Origin: an uncultured beta proteobacterium
GTDB taxonomy: Bacteria > Pseudomonadota > Gammaproteobacteria > Burkholderiales > Nitrosomonadaceae
Assembly (NCBI GenBank): GCA_963704605.1
Contig: OY969920.1
Span: 1,458,191 to 1,522,190, forward strand
Direction: 5' to 3'
Length of the DNA: 64,000 nucleotides
How positions within the stretch are numbered: position 1 is the stretch's first letter; every line of letters starts with the position of its first letter. The notes beneath the pieces were generated by a model. It worked only from the letters and a program-made list of their open reading frames with translations, searched no databases and was not told the DNA's origin. Position numbers and translations under genes: made by a program. Shown in pieces: positions 1 through 9,476 of the stretch.

Positions 1-601
1 AGCGCAATAAATTTACCGCTTGAGCAAACGTTGTTATATCGGAGCGTTGCAGCATGAGGCAAGGTTTGCTGGTGCGCTGGCAATAACCAGTTACCATGAA
101 AAAATCTTCATGCTGGATGCAGTCCACCGGGCAAATGACTATTCCGACCCGATCTAGCCAGTGGATGAGGCGATCTGGGGCATTGGGTTCGCTTTTGCGA
201 AACAGGATGAGATGACCGCCTGCGGATTCAATCAATGTTTGATAATGTGTATATAAGGCAGCACGCCCTCCAACGAGCAAAATTGATTGCCCGGCCAGCG
301 CTCTGCCGGTGCCTTTTTGGAGCAATAGTGATACAGCATGACTGTGCCCTGACAGTGGAGCCGTTCTGATCCAATTCCTGTGCTGATCTTTTCCGGTAAA
401 GCTGGTATTCGCTGCTATAACGCGTGATGGCTGATGCGTATTTGTGAAGAAGAAATCCCGGCAGCGATTGCCAATTTTGCGCAGCAGCAGAAAGAGTTGT
501 CCGAGTCCATCTGAACCATGGCACAGGTTTAACTCTGCCTGGCTAGTCATCACCGTGGTCTGGGAAAGGGTGCAGATATTCGTGTCTTGTATCAGCTTCA
601 T
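1..601 (-). CDS. DUF2325-like protein (5' complete; 3' end runs off the window, so it is absent from the ORF track)
   Basis: I translated the minus strand from the ATG (complement of 599-601) and got 200 codons with no stop: MKLIQDTNICTLSQ...ILLVGGRAALYTHYQTLIESAGGHLILF...VICPVDCIQHEDFFMVTGYCQRTSKPCLMLQRSDITTFAQAVNLLR. The VGGR ... CPVDCxxH ... KPC pattern is what I recall for DUF2325. The listed 228..524 ORF is in a different frame. Confidence 0.55.
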   Translation of the reverse strand, partial: MKLIQDTNICTLSQTTVMTSQAELNLCHGSDGLGQLFLLLRKIGNRCRDFFFTNTHQPSRVIAANTSFTGKDQHRNWIRTAPLSGHSHAVSLLLQKGTGRALAGQSILLVGGRAALYTHYQTLIESAGGHLILFRKSEPNAPDRLIHWLDRVGIVICPVDCIQHEDFFMVTGYCQRTSKPCLMLQRSDITTFAQAVNLLR

Positions 602-764
602 GGTTAGTCGCCTTAATAAAAAAGGCTGGCTTGCCCTGGGGGAGGGCTGGCTTGCCGCAAAGACATCACCGGAGAAGGAGAGAGAAAACTACCGGTGATG
701 GTTAAAAAAGTAATGCCCGTATTGAAAAATGTAATCTGTTAACTGAATTAAGACCATTAATACA

Positions 765-962
765 TCACTTTGTCAGTATCAGTTTGTTGTTCCGTGTCAA
801 TTTAAGATGATAGTGCGCTCCTTGATGACGGATGAGCACTTCATTGCTATTCGCCATCAGGCTTTCGCTACTGATCTCTTTGACAGGAGAAATCAGTTTC
901 CCCAATATGCAGGATTCATGTGATTTTGAGCTTTCACCGTGATCGAATGTGTATTCGTTCAT
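765..962 (-). CDS. hemP: HemP/HmuP-type hemin uptake small protein
   Basis: 65 aa. The C-terminus VLIRHQGAHYHLKLTRNNKLILTK fits the HemP pattern (..G..Y.L..T...KLILTK). AGGAG lies ~7 nt upstream and a Fur-box-like site lies upstream. Confidence 0.7.
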   Translation of the reverse strand: MNEYTFDHGESSKSHESCILGKLISPVKEISSESLMANSNEVLIRHQGAHYHLKLTRNNKLILTK

Positions 963-988
963 ATCAATCTCCTATCAGATTGTTAAAT

Positions 989-1007
989 GATAATGATTCT
1001 CATTATA
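989..1007. promoter_or_regulatory. Fur-box-like operator upstream of hemP
   Basis: GATAATGATTCTCATTATA matches the Fur consensus GATAATGATAATCATTATC at 16/19 positions by hand. It sits ~27 nt upstream of the hemP start codon. Confidence 0.6.
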
Positions 1008-1246
1008 GTTATAAAATAATTTTCTTGCAAGTGTTTTTTAAAATGATTTTTAGAATCATTACCCAATACTTCACCATTTAAAACGAATATTTCTAAACGA
1101 GAACGATCGGTATAATTTTCGCAATAGGTGCGCTAACCAGTGGTAGATTTAACTTTGAAATGCAACTTTTGTAAGGAAGTTTATAGGCGAGCTGCGGTAG
1201 TATCGGAGTTGCTTAAACAACCAAGTAAAAGGAGCGAAGTGAACTA

Positions 1247-2218
1247 TTGAACTGGTCATCAAATTTGGACAAATCGATGCCTGTGTTTATGAGTGCTTTG
1301 TTGAGAGGTGCCGGACAAGTCGTTTTCTGTAGTAACGCTGTTACAGGTTTGATCGTGCTGGCGGCATTCTACGCTGGTGGGGTGATCACCGGACTTGCTG
1401 CAACTATTGGGCTGATTGGTAGCACTGTGACGGCTTATGTCTGTCGATTCTGTAAAGCCGATATCGATGCGGGATTATATGGATTCAATGGTGTGCTGGC
1501 AGGTGCCTGCCTTTCGATATTTCTTGAACATACGCCCCGGCTCTGGCTTTATGTTGTACTGGCATCCATGCTGTCGAGCCTCATGTGGGCGGCTTTGACC
1601 AGAATACTCCGGATCTTCAGCATACCCGCTGCGACTTCGCCATTTATTTTGATCAGTTGGGTATTTCTGGTAATGATCCATACCTTCGACAGTAACGCAC
1701 CTGACCCAGCGCTGCCCGCAGCAAGCATGCAGTCAGCTGTCATAGACTTAGGTGCCCTCTCTCTGGAAACGTGGTTCACTACCCTGACAAGAAACATAGG
1801 ACAGGTTATTTTTACCGACAATGCGCTCGCTGGCGGCATGCTTCTTGCCGGAATTGCCGTCGCTACCTTGCGCGGCGCACTGATGATGATTGGTGGCGCC
1901 TTCATCGGAATCGTCGTACCCGCATTGCTCGGTGTCCATCCAAGCGCTATCGAGTCCGGTCTCTATGGATTCAATCCAGTGCTGGCCATGATTGCAGTCG
2001 GCTGGGTTTTTTTTGAACCTGGCGTCAAAAGTGCTTTTCTGGCAATTCTGGCCGGTATTCTGGCCGTGTTGTGCCAGATGGGATTAACTAGTTTGCTGTC
2101 ACCCTTGGATCTTCCAGTTCTGGCATCACCCTTCGTTCTTACCCTGTGGATGATATTATTTATCGTGGGCAGGTTCAGGCTATGGTTTTCACTGAACAAG
2201 ACGGCAAAAACCAGCTAG
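1247..2218 (+). CDS. UT-family urea transporter
   Basis: 323-aa polytopic membrane ORF with LLRGAGQVVFCSNAVTGL near the N-terminus and an internal duplication (GLYGFNGVLAGA.. / GLYGFNPVLAMI..) typical of urea transporters. TTG start 12 nt after GGAG; an alternative ATG is at 1277. Confidence 0.8.
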   Translation: MNWSSNLDKSMPVFMSALLRGAGQVVFCSNAVTGLIVLAAFYAGGVITGLAATIGLIGSTVTAYVCRFCKADIDAGLYGFNGVLAGACLSIFLEHTPRLWLYVVLASMLSSLMWAALTRILRIFSIPAATSPFILISWVFLVMIHTFDSNAPDPALPAASMQSAVIDLGALSLETWFTTLTRNIGQVIFTDNALAGGMLLAGIAVATLRGALMMIGGAFIGIVVPALLGVHPSAIESGLYGFNPVLAMIAVGWVFFEPGVKSAFLAILAGILAVLCQMGLTSLLSPLDLPVLASPFVLTLWMILFIVGRFRLWFSLNKTAKTS

Positions 2219-2224
2219 CGGAAT

Positions 2225-3097
2225 CTATTCGATGTTTTGAACCTGTTCGCGCATTTGTTCGATCAGCACTTTTATGTCAACGGCTAACTGTGTAATAGCG
2301 CTGTCAACCGATTTTGAGGACAGCGTATTGGTTTCTCGGTTGAGTTCCTGCATCAGAAAATCCAATCGCTTGCCAACTGCTCCCCCTTGTTGCAGCGTAT
2401 TTTCCACTTCATCCAGATGCGTTTGCAGGCGAGACAATTCTTCATCAACGTCGATGCGATTAGCAAATAAGGTGAATTCCTGGCGAATGCGCTCGTCTCC
2501 CTCATTCAGCCCCGCTGCCTGGATACTCTGAGTCAGTCGAGATTGGAAACTAGAAAGAATAACCGGTAATCTTGGCAGTATGGTGGTTACGTGCTCACGT
2601 ATTTGATTGAGGCGTTCCAGCAGCAGCGTTTTAAGCTTGGCGCCCTCCCGTTCACGGGCAGCGACGAAAAGCTGCAAGGTTTCTCGTAGAAGATCCAGGC
2701 ATGGTGCGTGTAGATCATTGGGATCAAATGTGGCGAGGCGATCATCAAGCACGCGAGGCCAGCGAAGAATATCCGCAACGGATAAATCGTTGGCATCCGG
2801 GAATACGGATTTTATTTCCTGATTAAGTGTCTGAAGCACATGAAGCTGAGCATGATTGATACTGATATTTTGCAAAGTATTGACCGGATTGGTCAGTACC
2901 AGGCGGCACTCGACTTTGCCACGTGTGAGATTAGTGGTCAGCAGTTCGCGCATGGCCAGTTCCAATGCTCTCAATTCATCTGGCAGCCGAAATTGCAGAT
3001 CGAGAAAACGGTTATTAACGGAGCGCAATTCCAATGCCAGCGAAACCGATTCGTGTTGGCTGGACAAAGCGGCAAAACCAGTCATGCTGCTAATCAT
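2225..3097 (-). CDS. yicC: YicC-family stress-induced protein
   Basis: 290 aa. It has the N-terminal MISSMTGFA start, and the C-terminal GKRLDFLMQELNRETNTLSSKS motif is characteristic of YicC. Confidence 0.85.
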   Translation of the reverse strand: MISSMTGFAALSSQHESVSLALELRSVNNRFLDLQFRLPDELRALELAMRELLTTNLTRGKVECRLVLTNPVNTLQNISINHAQLHVLQTLNQEIKSVFPDANDLSVADILRWPRVLDDRLATFDPNDLHAPCLDLLRETLQLFVAAREREGAKLKTLLLERLNQIREHVTTILPRLPVILSSFQSRLTQSIQAAGLNEGDERIRQEFTLFANRIDVDEELSRLQTHLDEVENTLQQGGAVGKRLDFLMQELNRETNTLSSKSVDSAITQLAVDIKVLIEQMREQVQNIE

Positions 3098-3202
3098 GAT
3101 GACGCGGAATCCAGGCTTAGTTTTGGGCGTTGGTTGGCAGAATTTGGGATGATGCTATACTGATCCATCGTACTATTTTTTCAACAAGAGGAGACAACAC
3201 AG

Positions 3203-4114
3203 ATGAGAATACTAGCATTTTTGACCATTGCCCTGTTCACCTTCAGTCTGACAGCGTTTGATGCGGAAGCGCGGCGCATGGGTGGCGGCAAGAGTTCTGG
3301 CAAGCAGCGTGACTCACTCAATATCAACAAGCAGCAACAAGCCGCACCTAAACAACAGCAGGCAGCAGGAGCGTCAACCGCTGCTGCAGGTGGCGCCGCA
3401 GCAGCAGCTGGTGGCAGCAAGTGGCTCGGCCCGTTAGCCGGGTTGGCTGCGGGTGGTTTGCTGGCGGCATTATTCATGGGTGGCGCATTTGACGGGATCA
3501 ACATGATGGATATTCTGGTGTTGATTGCGTTGGCAGTCGGTATTTTCTTTGTTATGCGAATGTTGCGCCGGTCAAGCCAGGGAAACACTTCCCGGTCAAT
3601 GCAGTATTCAGGTGCCGGTGCAGGCTATACACCGGCTGGGGTGACGCCTTCCGGGCATGACCGAGTTGTCGGGAATAATTCCCTGAGCACAGAGGATCAT
3701 CAGTCTGATCAGATGGATAACGCTATCCCTGCAGATTTCGATGTGGATGGTTTCCTCAAACAGGCCAAACGATCATTTATCGCATTGCAGGCCGCTCATG
3801 ATGCGCAGGATCTGGAAGAAATCCGTGATTTCACTACCGCTGAGCTATTTGCTGAGTTAAGCGCGCAAATGCAGCAGGATGTTAGTCCAGGGCAACAAAC
3901 CGAAGTGTCATTTATTGAAGCTAATTTGCTGGATTTAGTTACCGAAGGTAATCAAGCGATCGCCAGTGTGCGTTTTACTGGGCAATTGCGTGAATCACCG
4001 GATGCGGCGGCGGAATCTTTCGATGAAATCTGGCATGTGCAGAAAGATTTGGATGACAACCGTTCTGCCTGGCTGCTCGCCGGAATTCAGCAAACTGCCG
4101 ACTTGAAGCATTGA
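3203..4114 (+). CDS. Tim44-like domain membrane protein
   Basis: Signal/TM segment, a low-complexity Q/A/G region, a second TM, then a C-terminal domain (FDVDGFLKQAKRSFIALQAAHDAQDLEEIRDFTTAELF...) resembling bacterial Tim44-like proteins. Confidence 0.6.
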   Translation: MRILAFLTIALFTFSLTAFDAEARRMGGGKSSGKQRDSLNINKQQQAAPKQQQAAGASTAAAGGAAAAAGGSKWLGPLAGLAAGGLLAALFMGGAFDGINMMDILVLIALAVGIFFVMRMLRRSSQGNTSRSMQYSGAGAGYTPAGVTPSGHDRVVGNNSLSTEDHQSDQMDNAIPADFDVDGFLKQAKRSFIALQAAHDAQDLEEIRDFTTAELFAELSAQMQQDVSPGQQTEVSFIEANLLDLVTEGNQAIASVRFTGQLRESPDAAAESFDEIWHVQKDLDDNRSAWLLAGIQQTADLKH

Positions 4115-4788
4115 GTGAATCCATCATCAAGCGGTTTCAGGAGACTCATGAAGCAACGAGTTTTCCTGGAACTGCGAGCAGTGATCCATCTTTTGAAATC
4201 CTGGACAAAGAAATTTGCTTCCAGGGTTTCTTCCGGATGGAGCGTTACCATTTGCGTCACCGAAAATTCAGTGGTGAGTGGAGTGCGGCGATTACGCGAG
4301 AACTGCTTGAACGTGGGCATGCGGCGGCGGTATTACCATATGACCCCATCACAGATTGCGTGGTATTGATCGAACAGTTCCGTATCGGCGCGCTCGATGC
4401 GCCGGGTGGTGCGTGGTTGCTGGAAATTGTTGCAGGTATTATTGATAAAGACGAAACGCCGCAGCAGGTTGTTACTCGCGAAGCAATCGAGGAGGCGGGC
4501 TGTCATATAAGTGCACTGATCCCGCTGTATGATTATCTGGTCAGTCCCGGAGGAACGTCCGAGCAGATTGCGCTGTTTTGCGGTAAAACCGATACTGCCT
4601 GGATAAAAAATGGTGCGACTCATGGTTTGGAAGAAGAGGGCGAAGATATTAAGGTGCATGTGATGACTCTAACCAAGGCACTGGCGCTGTTGTCTGCCGG
4701 TAAAATCAAATCCGCCAGCGCGATTATTGCGCTGCAATGGCTGGCATTGAATCGCGAGGAGGTTCGGCGGCGCTGGGTAGTCGAGTAG
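4111..4788 (+). CDS. nudF: ADP-ribose pyrophosphatase (Nudix)
   Basis: Collinear with E. coli NudF as I recall it (ERGHAAAVLPYDP..., LIEQFRIGA..., WLLEIVAGIIDKDETPQQVVTREAIEEAG = Nudix box, SPGGTSE, IIALQWL). TTG start overlaps the upstream stop. Confidence 0.85.
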   Translation: MSESIIKRFQETHEATSFPGTASSDPSFEILDKEICFQGFFRMERYHLRHRKFSGEWSAAITRELLERGHAAAVLPYDPITDCVVLIEQFRIGALDAPGGAWLLEIVAGIIDKDETPQQVVTREAIEEAGCHISALIPLYDYLVSPGGTSEQIALFCGKTDTAWIKNGATHGLEEEGEDIKVHVMTLTKALALLSAGKIKSASAIIALQWLALNREEVRRRWVVE

Positions 4789-4797
4789 GGGGGGGCA

Positions 4798-6228
4798 ATG
4801 AGGGCAATCAGTTTATGGCGGTATCGTGTCTCACTGCTGCTGGTTTTATGGATCATGTTGTTATTCGCCTGCCCGTCGGTTGCGCAGAATGAGGATTCTG
4901 CCCAAACGCTTTCCAATGAGGTAACAACAAGCAATGCCGTAGGTGTCTGGCTGGATATCGATGGTGTGATCGGCCCGGCGGTGCACGATTATGTGCAACG
5001 CAGTTTTGCCAAGGCGCAGGCACAGCAGGCGCGGGTTATCATTCTGCGTATCAATACACCTGGTGGACTAGATGTATCCATGCGCGACATCATCCGGGAA
5101 ATTATTGCTTCCCCCATTCCGGTGGTGAGTTATGTTGCGCCTGGCGGCGCGCGTGCGGCCAGCGCAGGTACGTATATTCTTTACGCCAGCCACGTTGCCG
5201 CAATGGCACCTGCCACCAATCTTGGTGCGGCAACTCCGGTAAAAATCGGCGGTTTGCCGAGCCTGCCCGATCCCACCAAAGAGAAATCACCCGGTCAACC
5301 GGATGAATTGCCAGCGGGGCAGGATGACGCCATGACCAAAAAAATTGTCAACGATGCAGTGGCCTATATCCGTGGCCTTGCACAGATGCGTGGGCGCAAC
5401 GCGAATTGGGCTGAGCAGGCGGTACGCGCCGGGGTCAGTTTGACTGCCAGTGATGCGCTTAAGGAAAATGTGATCGATCTGATTGCTGCAGATCGGGATG
5501 ACCTGCTCACTAAAATGGATGGGCGATCGGTGACGGTAGCCGGTGAAACTATCACACTGAGAACACGAGCCATCAAGCTGGTAGAAATTGAACCGGACTG
5601 GCGTACACGCTTGCTGGCAGTCATTACCGATCCCAGCATTGCCTATATTCTGATGCTGATCGGTATCTATGGCCTGATTCTGGAATTCGCCAACCCAGGG
5701 ACGGTGGTTGCCGGGGTGGTGGGCACCATCAGCCTCTTATTGGCGTTGTTTGCCTTTCAGGTGCTGCCGATTAATTACGCCGGGCTGGCACTGATTTTTC
5801 TGGGGATTGCTTTCATGGTGGCCGAAGTATTCGCGCCGAGTTTTGGCGCATTGGGTCTGGGCGGGGTTGCGGCGTTTGCTATCGGTTCCGTGATGCTGAT
5901 TGATACCGATATACCGGGCTATGGCGTGTCGTTGCCGCTGGTTGCCACGTTTACGCTGCTATCGGCAGGTGTTTGTATTCTGCTACTGGGAATGGCGCTC
6001 AAGGCTCGAAAAAGAACAGTCATGACTGGCAGCGAGCAGATGCCTGGCAGTATTGGCGAGACGCTGGAAGGCTTTGATCACGAAGGCTGGGTAAGGGTGC
6101 ATGGTGAGCAGTGGCGCGCGCACACCCGGCAACCGCTCAAACCGCATCAGCCAGTCAGAGTAACGGCCATGCACGGTTTATTGCTGGAAGTGGAACCATA
6201 CTCGTCAACCGAAACCAAGGAGAACTGA
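4798..6228 (+). CDS. NfeD-family membrane-bound ClpP-class serine protease
   Basis: 476 aa with a signal peptide, a ClpP-like domain ([32 protein letters not shown]), multiple TM segments and a C-terminal OB-like NfeD domain. It sits directly upstream of an SPFH gene. Confidence 0.8.
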   Translation: MRAISLWRYRVSLLLVLWIMLLFACPSVAQNEDSAQTLSNEVTTSNAVGVWLDIDGVIGPAVHDYVQRSFAKAQAQQARVIILRINTPGGLDVSMRDIIREIIASPIPVVSYVAPGGARAASAGTYILYASHVAAMAPATNLGAATPVKIGGLPSLPDPTKEKSPGQPDELPAGQDDAMTKKIVNDAVAYIRGLAQMRGRNANWAEQAVRAGVSLTASDALKENVIDLIAADRDDLLTKMDGRSVTVAGETITLRTRAIKLVEIEPDWRTRLLAVITDPSIAYILMLIGIYGLILEFANPGTVVAGVVGTISLLLALFAFQVLPINYAGLALIFLGIAFMVAEVFAPSFGALGLGGVAAFAIGSVMLIDTDIPGYGVSLPLVATFTLLSAGVCILLLGMALKARKRTVMTGSEQMPGSIGETLEGFDHEGWVRVHGEQWRAHTRQPLKPHQPVRVTAMHGLLLEVEPYSSTETKEN

Positions 6229-6229
6229 A

Positions 6230-7015
6230 ATGGATACAGATGCTTTTACTGGGATTATATTACTGATTTTTTTTGCTGTTTTTTTTCTGGCAAGCGCGTT
6301 CAGGGTGCTCAAAGAATATGAGCGTGGCGTGGTGTTCATGCTTGGGCGTTTCTGGAAGGTCAAGGGCCCCGGGCTGATTATCATCATTCCAATTGTTCAA
6401 ACCATGGTGCGGGTGGATTTGCGCACCATCGTCATGGACGTGCCGAGTCAGGATGTGATTTCACGTGACAATGTATCGGTAAAAGTCAATGCAGTGCTGT
6501 ATTTTCGCGTGGTTGACCCGGAAAAAGCTATCATTCAGGTGGAGGATTACCACTCGGCGACCAGTCAATTGGCGCAAACTACGCTGCGATCGGTGCTGGG
6601 GCAGCATGAACTGGATGAAATGCTCGCCAGTCGCGAAAAACTCAATAGCGATATTCAGTCCATTCTCGACGAGCAGACCGATGCCTGGGGGATCAAGGTA
6701 TCCAATGTAGAAATTAAGCACGTTGATCTCAATGAAACCATGATTCGTGCGATTGCCAAACAGGCGGAGGCAGAACGCGAACGGCGCGCTAAAATTATTC
6801 ATGCTGAAGGGGAATTGCAGGCCTCCCAGCATTTGTTACAAGCCTCACAAATTCTCTCACAACAACCACAAGCCATTCAACTACGCTATCTGCAGACGCT
6901 GACGGAAATTGCAGGCGAGAAAAATTCCACCATTGTTTTCCCCTTGCCGATGGAGTTTCTGACTGCCTTACAGAAAATGACGGAAAAATCACCAGTTTCC
7001 ACAAAAATTGATTAA
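6230..7015 (+). CDS. SPFH/band-7 (stomatin/slipin-like) protein
   Basis: N-terminal TM followed by [18 protein letters not shown]...VDLRT...[11 protein letters not shown]..., the canonical SPFH core. It starts 2 nt after the nfeD stop. Confidence 0.9.
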   Translation: MDTDAFTGIILLIFFAVFFLASAFRVLKEYERGVVFMLGRFWKVKGPGLIIIIPIVQTMVRVDLRTIVMDVPSQDVISRDNVSVKVNAVLYFRVVDPEKAIIQVEDYHSATSQLAQTTLRSVLGQHELDEMLASREKLNSDIQSILDEQTDAWGIKVSNVEIKHVDLNETMIRAIAKQAEAERERRAKIIHAEGELQASQHLLQASQILSQQPQAIQLRYLQTLTEIAGEKNSTIVFPLPMEFLTALQKMTEKSPVSTKID

Positions 7016-7024
7016 TAAGTGTTT

Positions 7025-7048
7025 TTCTATTCAACGAATAGAATTTTT
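7025..7048. terminator. Possible bidirectional terminator hairpin between convergent genes
   Basis: TTCTATTC-aac-GAATAGAA followed by TTTTT, with an A-run on the other side. The stem is weak and AT-rich. Confidence 0.35.
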
Positions 7049-7076
7049 AAACTGCTATGAGTTAGTATCAGAAAAC

Positions 7077-9461
7077 TTATTTGACACACACTGCACGGAC
7101 TTGGTGCATGTCGGTAATACCCTGCAGTACTTTCTCGATGCCGTCCTGCTTGAGCGTGCGCATGCCTTCCTGTAAAGCGGTAGCCAGCATTTCTGCTACC
7201 CGGGCATGTTCCTGGATATTTTTCTTCAGCGCATCAGTTGCTGTCAGCAATTCATGCAGGCCCACCCGGCCGGCGTAACCAGTGTCGGTGCAGTTATCGC
7301 AACCGATGGGTTCATACAGCGTAATTTTTCCATTTTCATCGCCGTATTGTTCTATCCAGCGTGAGCGGATTTTCTGAATAGATACTTCGGGATCCACCTT
7401 GAAATAATCGGTATTTTTCAGCTCTTCGCAATATTCGGTCAGCAGTGTCTGAATTTCTTCATCGCTGGCCGTATGACCTTGTTTGCATTTACACAGGCGT
7501 TTTGCCAGGCGTTGCGCGAGAATACCCAGCAACGCATCAGCGAAATTGAATGGATCCATCCCCATGTCCAGCAGACGGATGATGGATTCCGGCGCGCTGT
7601 TGGTGTGCAGGGTGGCAAATACCAGGTGACCGGTAAGGGAAGCTTCGATGCCGATGCTAGTGGTTTCCTTGTCACGCATTTCCCCGACCATGATGATGTC
7701 TGGATCGGCGCGCAGAAAGGATTTCATGATGGTGGCAAATGTCAGTCCTGCCTTGTTATTAATCTGTACCTGGCGCAGTCCTTTTTGCGTGATCTCAACC
7801 GGGTCTTCTGCTGTCCAGATTTTGGTTTCCGGCGTGTTCAGATGCTTGAGAATGGAATGCAGGGTGGTGGTTTTACCGGAACCTGTCGGGCCACAAACGA
7901 AGAATAAACCATAGGGCTTCGCCACGATAGATTTGAGCGTTTTCAGATTATGGGTGGTGAAACCCATTTTATCGAGTGGAATCGGTTCACCTGCGGCAAG
8001 TATCCGCATCACGACATCTTCTACCCCGCCAGCGGAAGGAATGGTAGCTACCCGCAATTCGATATCAAGTGGCGCAAACTTGCGAAACTTGATTTTGCCG
8101 TCCTGCGGTTTGCGTTTTTCGGAAATATCGAGGTCACACATGATTTTGATGCGGGTGACCAGCGGATTGCGATAGCTTGCGGGAATCTCAATGTAAGGCA
8201 TCAAGGAGCCATCCTTACGAAAACGAACACCCGTTTTTTCCTTGCCCGGCAAGGGTTCAATGTGAATATCCGATACACCACGCTTGTGTGCATCCATGAT
8301 GATGCGATTAACCAGCTTGACCAGCTCGTTATCCGCAGCGGCAGATGCTTCATCAGTATCTTTCTCATCTTCTGTATCATCGGCTTCATTGGTCAAACCC
8401 GAGAGCATGACATTGATGCTGTCACCCTCGATGGGAGCGTCGCTGGCACCATAAAACAGATCGAGTGTTGCGTAAAACTCACGTCGTGTACAAACGCTAT
8501 AGATAATCTTGCGCTTGGGAAAAATCTGGTTGACGATACGCAATGTCTTGATCCGTTCGGGATCGAGTGTCAAAACGGTCAGCCCTTGCGCGTCATCGTC
8601 AATTGGTAACCATTTATTACTTTCCGCAAATTCTCGTTTGATATTTTTTAGTAAATCTAGCGGCTTGACCCGATTGCCCTGAAAGGGCTCATAACCGACA
8701 CCAAAATAAGTTGCCAGTGCGTTGCCAATTTGTGTGGGTGTAATGTCAAACTGGTCGATCAACACATCTTCCATATCTTGGCCGGATTCTCTTGCCTTTT
8801 TGGTTGCCTGTTCAAATTTTGTTGCGCTGATAATCTCTGCGCTAACCAGGTGGTCGTAAATAGTTTTACCAAGTAATTGTTCTTTCTGGCGTCGTTTGAA
8901 AGCAATCGCCAGTATTTGGCAAATTTCTTCTAAACTTTCGACAACCATCTGTGAAAAAGGCTGGTCATCCTTGCTGTTAATAACTTGTATAACACCAAAT
9001 AACTCGTGTTCTCCCATCAGCAGAATAGGCGCCACCAGCATCTGTTTGGTGCGGTAACCGGTACGTTTATCGACTTCCCGCAGAAAGCGCAGATGCTCGC
9101 CGAGTACATTCAGTTCACTACGATCATATACATCATGTAAATTAACGGTTTTTTTATGCAAGCTGACGTAACCGGCGACGCTGTGTTCATTGATCGGCAA
9201 TCGTAAATCCTGAAAGGTATCCGTTCCAATCTTGATCCGTGCGGCGATAAACGATTTATCTTCGCTGACGGTGTAAATAGTCAGACGATCTGCGTTAAAT
9301 AACGTGCAGATGTCGCGACTCACATCAAGGCGGGCTTCTTCAATATTGATTGCTGCATGAATTTTATCGATGATTGCTCGTAAACCATCAGCAAAATCCA
9401 GCGGACGATCGTCGCGTGATGGTTCTTCCTCGCGTGGTTCCAAAGTTAGGGGCGTATTCAT
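7077..9461 (-). CDS. GspE/PilB-family secretion ATPase with an N-terminal GAF domain
   Basis: 794 aa. The first ~200 aa look like a GAF fold (..DRLTIYTV..., VAGYVSLHKKTVNLHDVY, MLVAPILLMGEHELFGVIQVIN). A T2SSE_N-like segment follows. The ATPase core has Walker A VCGPTGSGKTT, an Asp box and a tetracysteine-like CKC...CDNC. Confidence 0.85.
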   Translation of the reverse strand: MNTPLTLEPREEEPSRDDRPLDFADGLRAIIDKIHAAINIEEARLDVSRDICTLFNADRLTIYTVSEDKSFIAARIKIGTDTFQDLRLPINEHSVAGYVSLHKKTVNLHDVYDRSELNVLGEHLRFLREVDKRTGYRTKQMLVAPILLMGEHELFGVIQVINSKDDQPFSQMVVESLEEICQILAIAFKRRQKEQLLGKTIYDHLVSAEIISATKFEQATKKARESGQDMEDVLIDQFDITPTQIGNALATYFGVGYEPFQGNRVKPLDLLKNIKREFAESNKWLPIDDDAQGLTVLTLDPERIKTLRIVNQIFPKRKIIYSVCTRREFYATLDLFYGASDAPIEGDSINVMLSGLTNEADDTEDEKDTDEASAAADNELVKLVNRIIMDAHKRGVSDIHIEPLPGKEKTGVRFRKDGSLMPYIEIPASYRNPLVTRIKIMCDLDISEKRKPQDGKIKFRKFAPLDIELRVATIPSAGGVEDVVMRILAAGEPIPLDKMGFTTHNLKTLKSIVAKPYGLFFVCGPTGSGKTTTLHSILKHLNTPETKIWTAEDPVEITQKGLRQVQINNKAGLTFATIMKSFLRADPDIIMVGEMRDKETTSIGIEASLTGHLVFATLHTNSAPESIIRLLDMGMDPFNFADALLGILAQRLAKRLCKCKQGHTASDEEIQTLLTEYCEELKNTDYFKVDPEVSIQKIRSRWIEQYGDENGKITLYEPIGCDNCTDTGYAGRVGLHELLTATDALKKNIQEHARVAEMLATALQEGMRTLKQDGIEKVLQGITDMHQVRAVCVK

Positions 9462-9476
9462 TTGCTCGTCCTGAAA

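Noticed and set aside
228-524. 98-aa minus-strand ORF from the track
   Set aside because: It is out of frame with the 200-codon open frame (1-601, minus) that carries DUF2325-like motifs, and its own translation shows no features.
3181-3588. 135-aa ORF antisense to the Tim44-like gene
   Set aside because: It is generated by the GCN-rich low-complexity (Ala/Gly/Gln) region of the sense gene, and its translation is poly-Ala/Pro/Cys nonsense.
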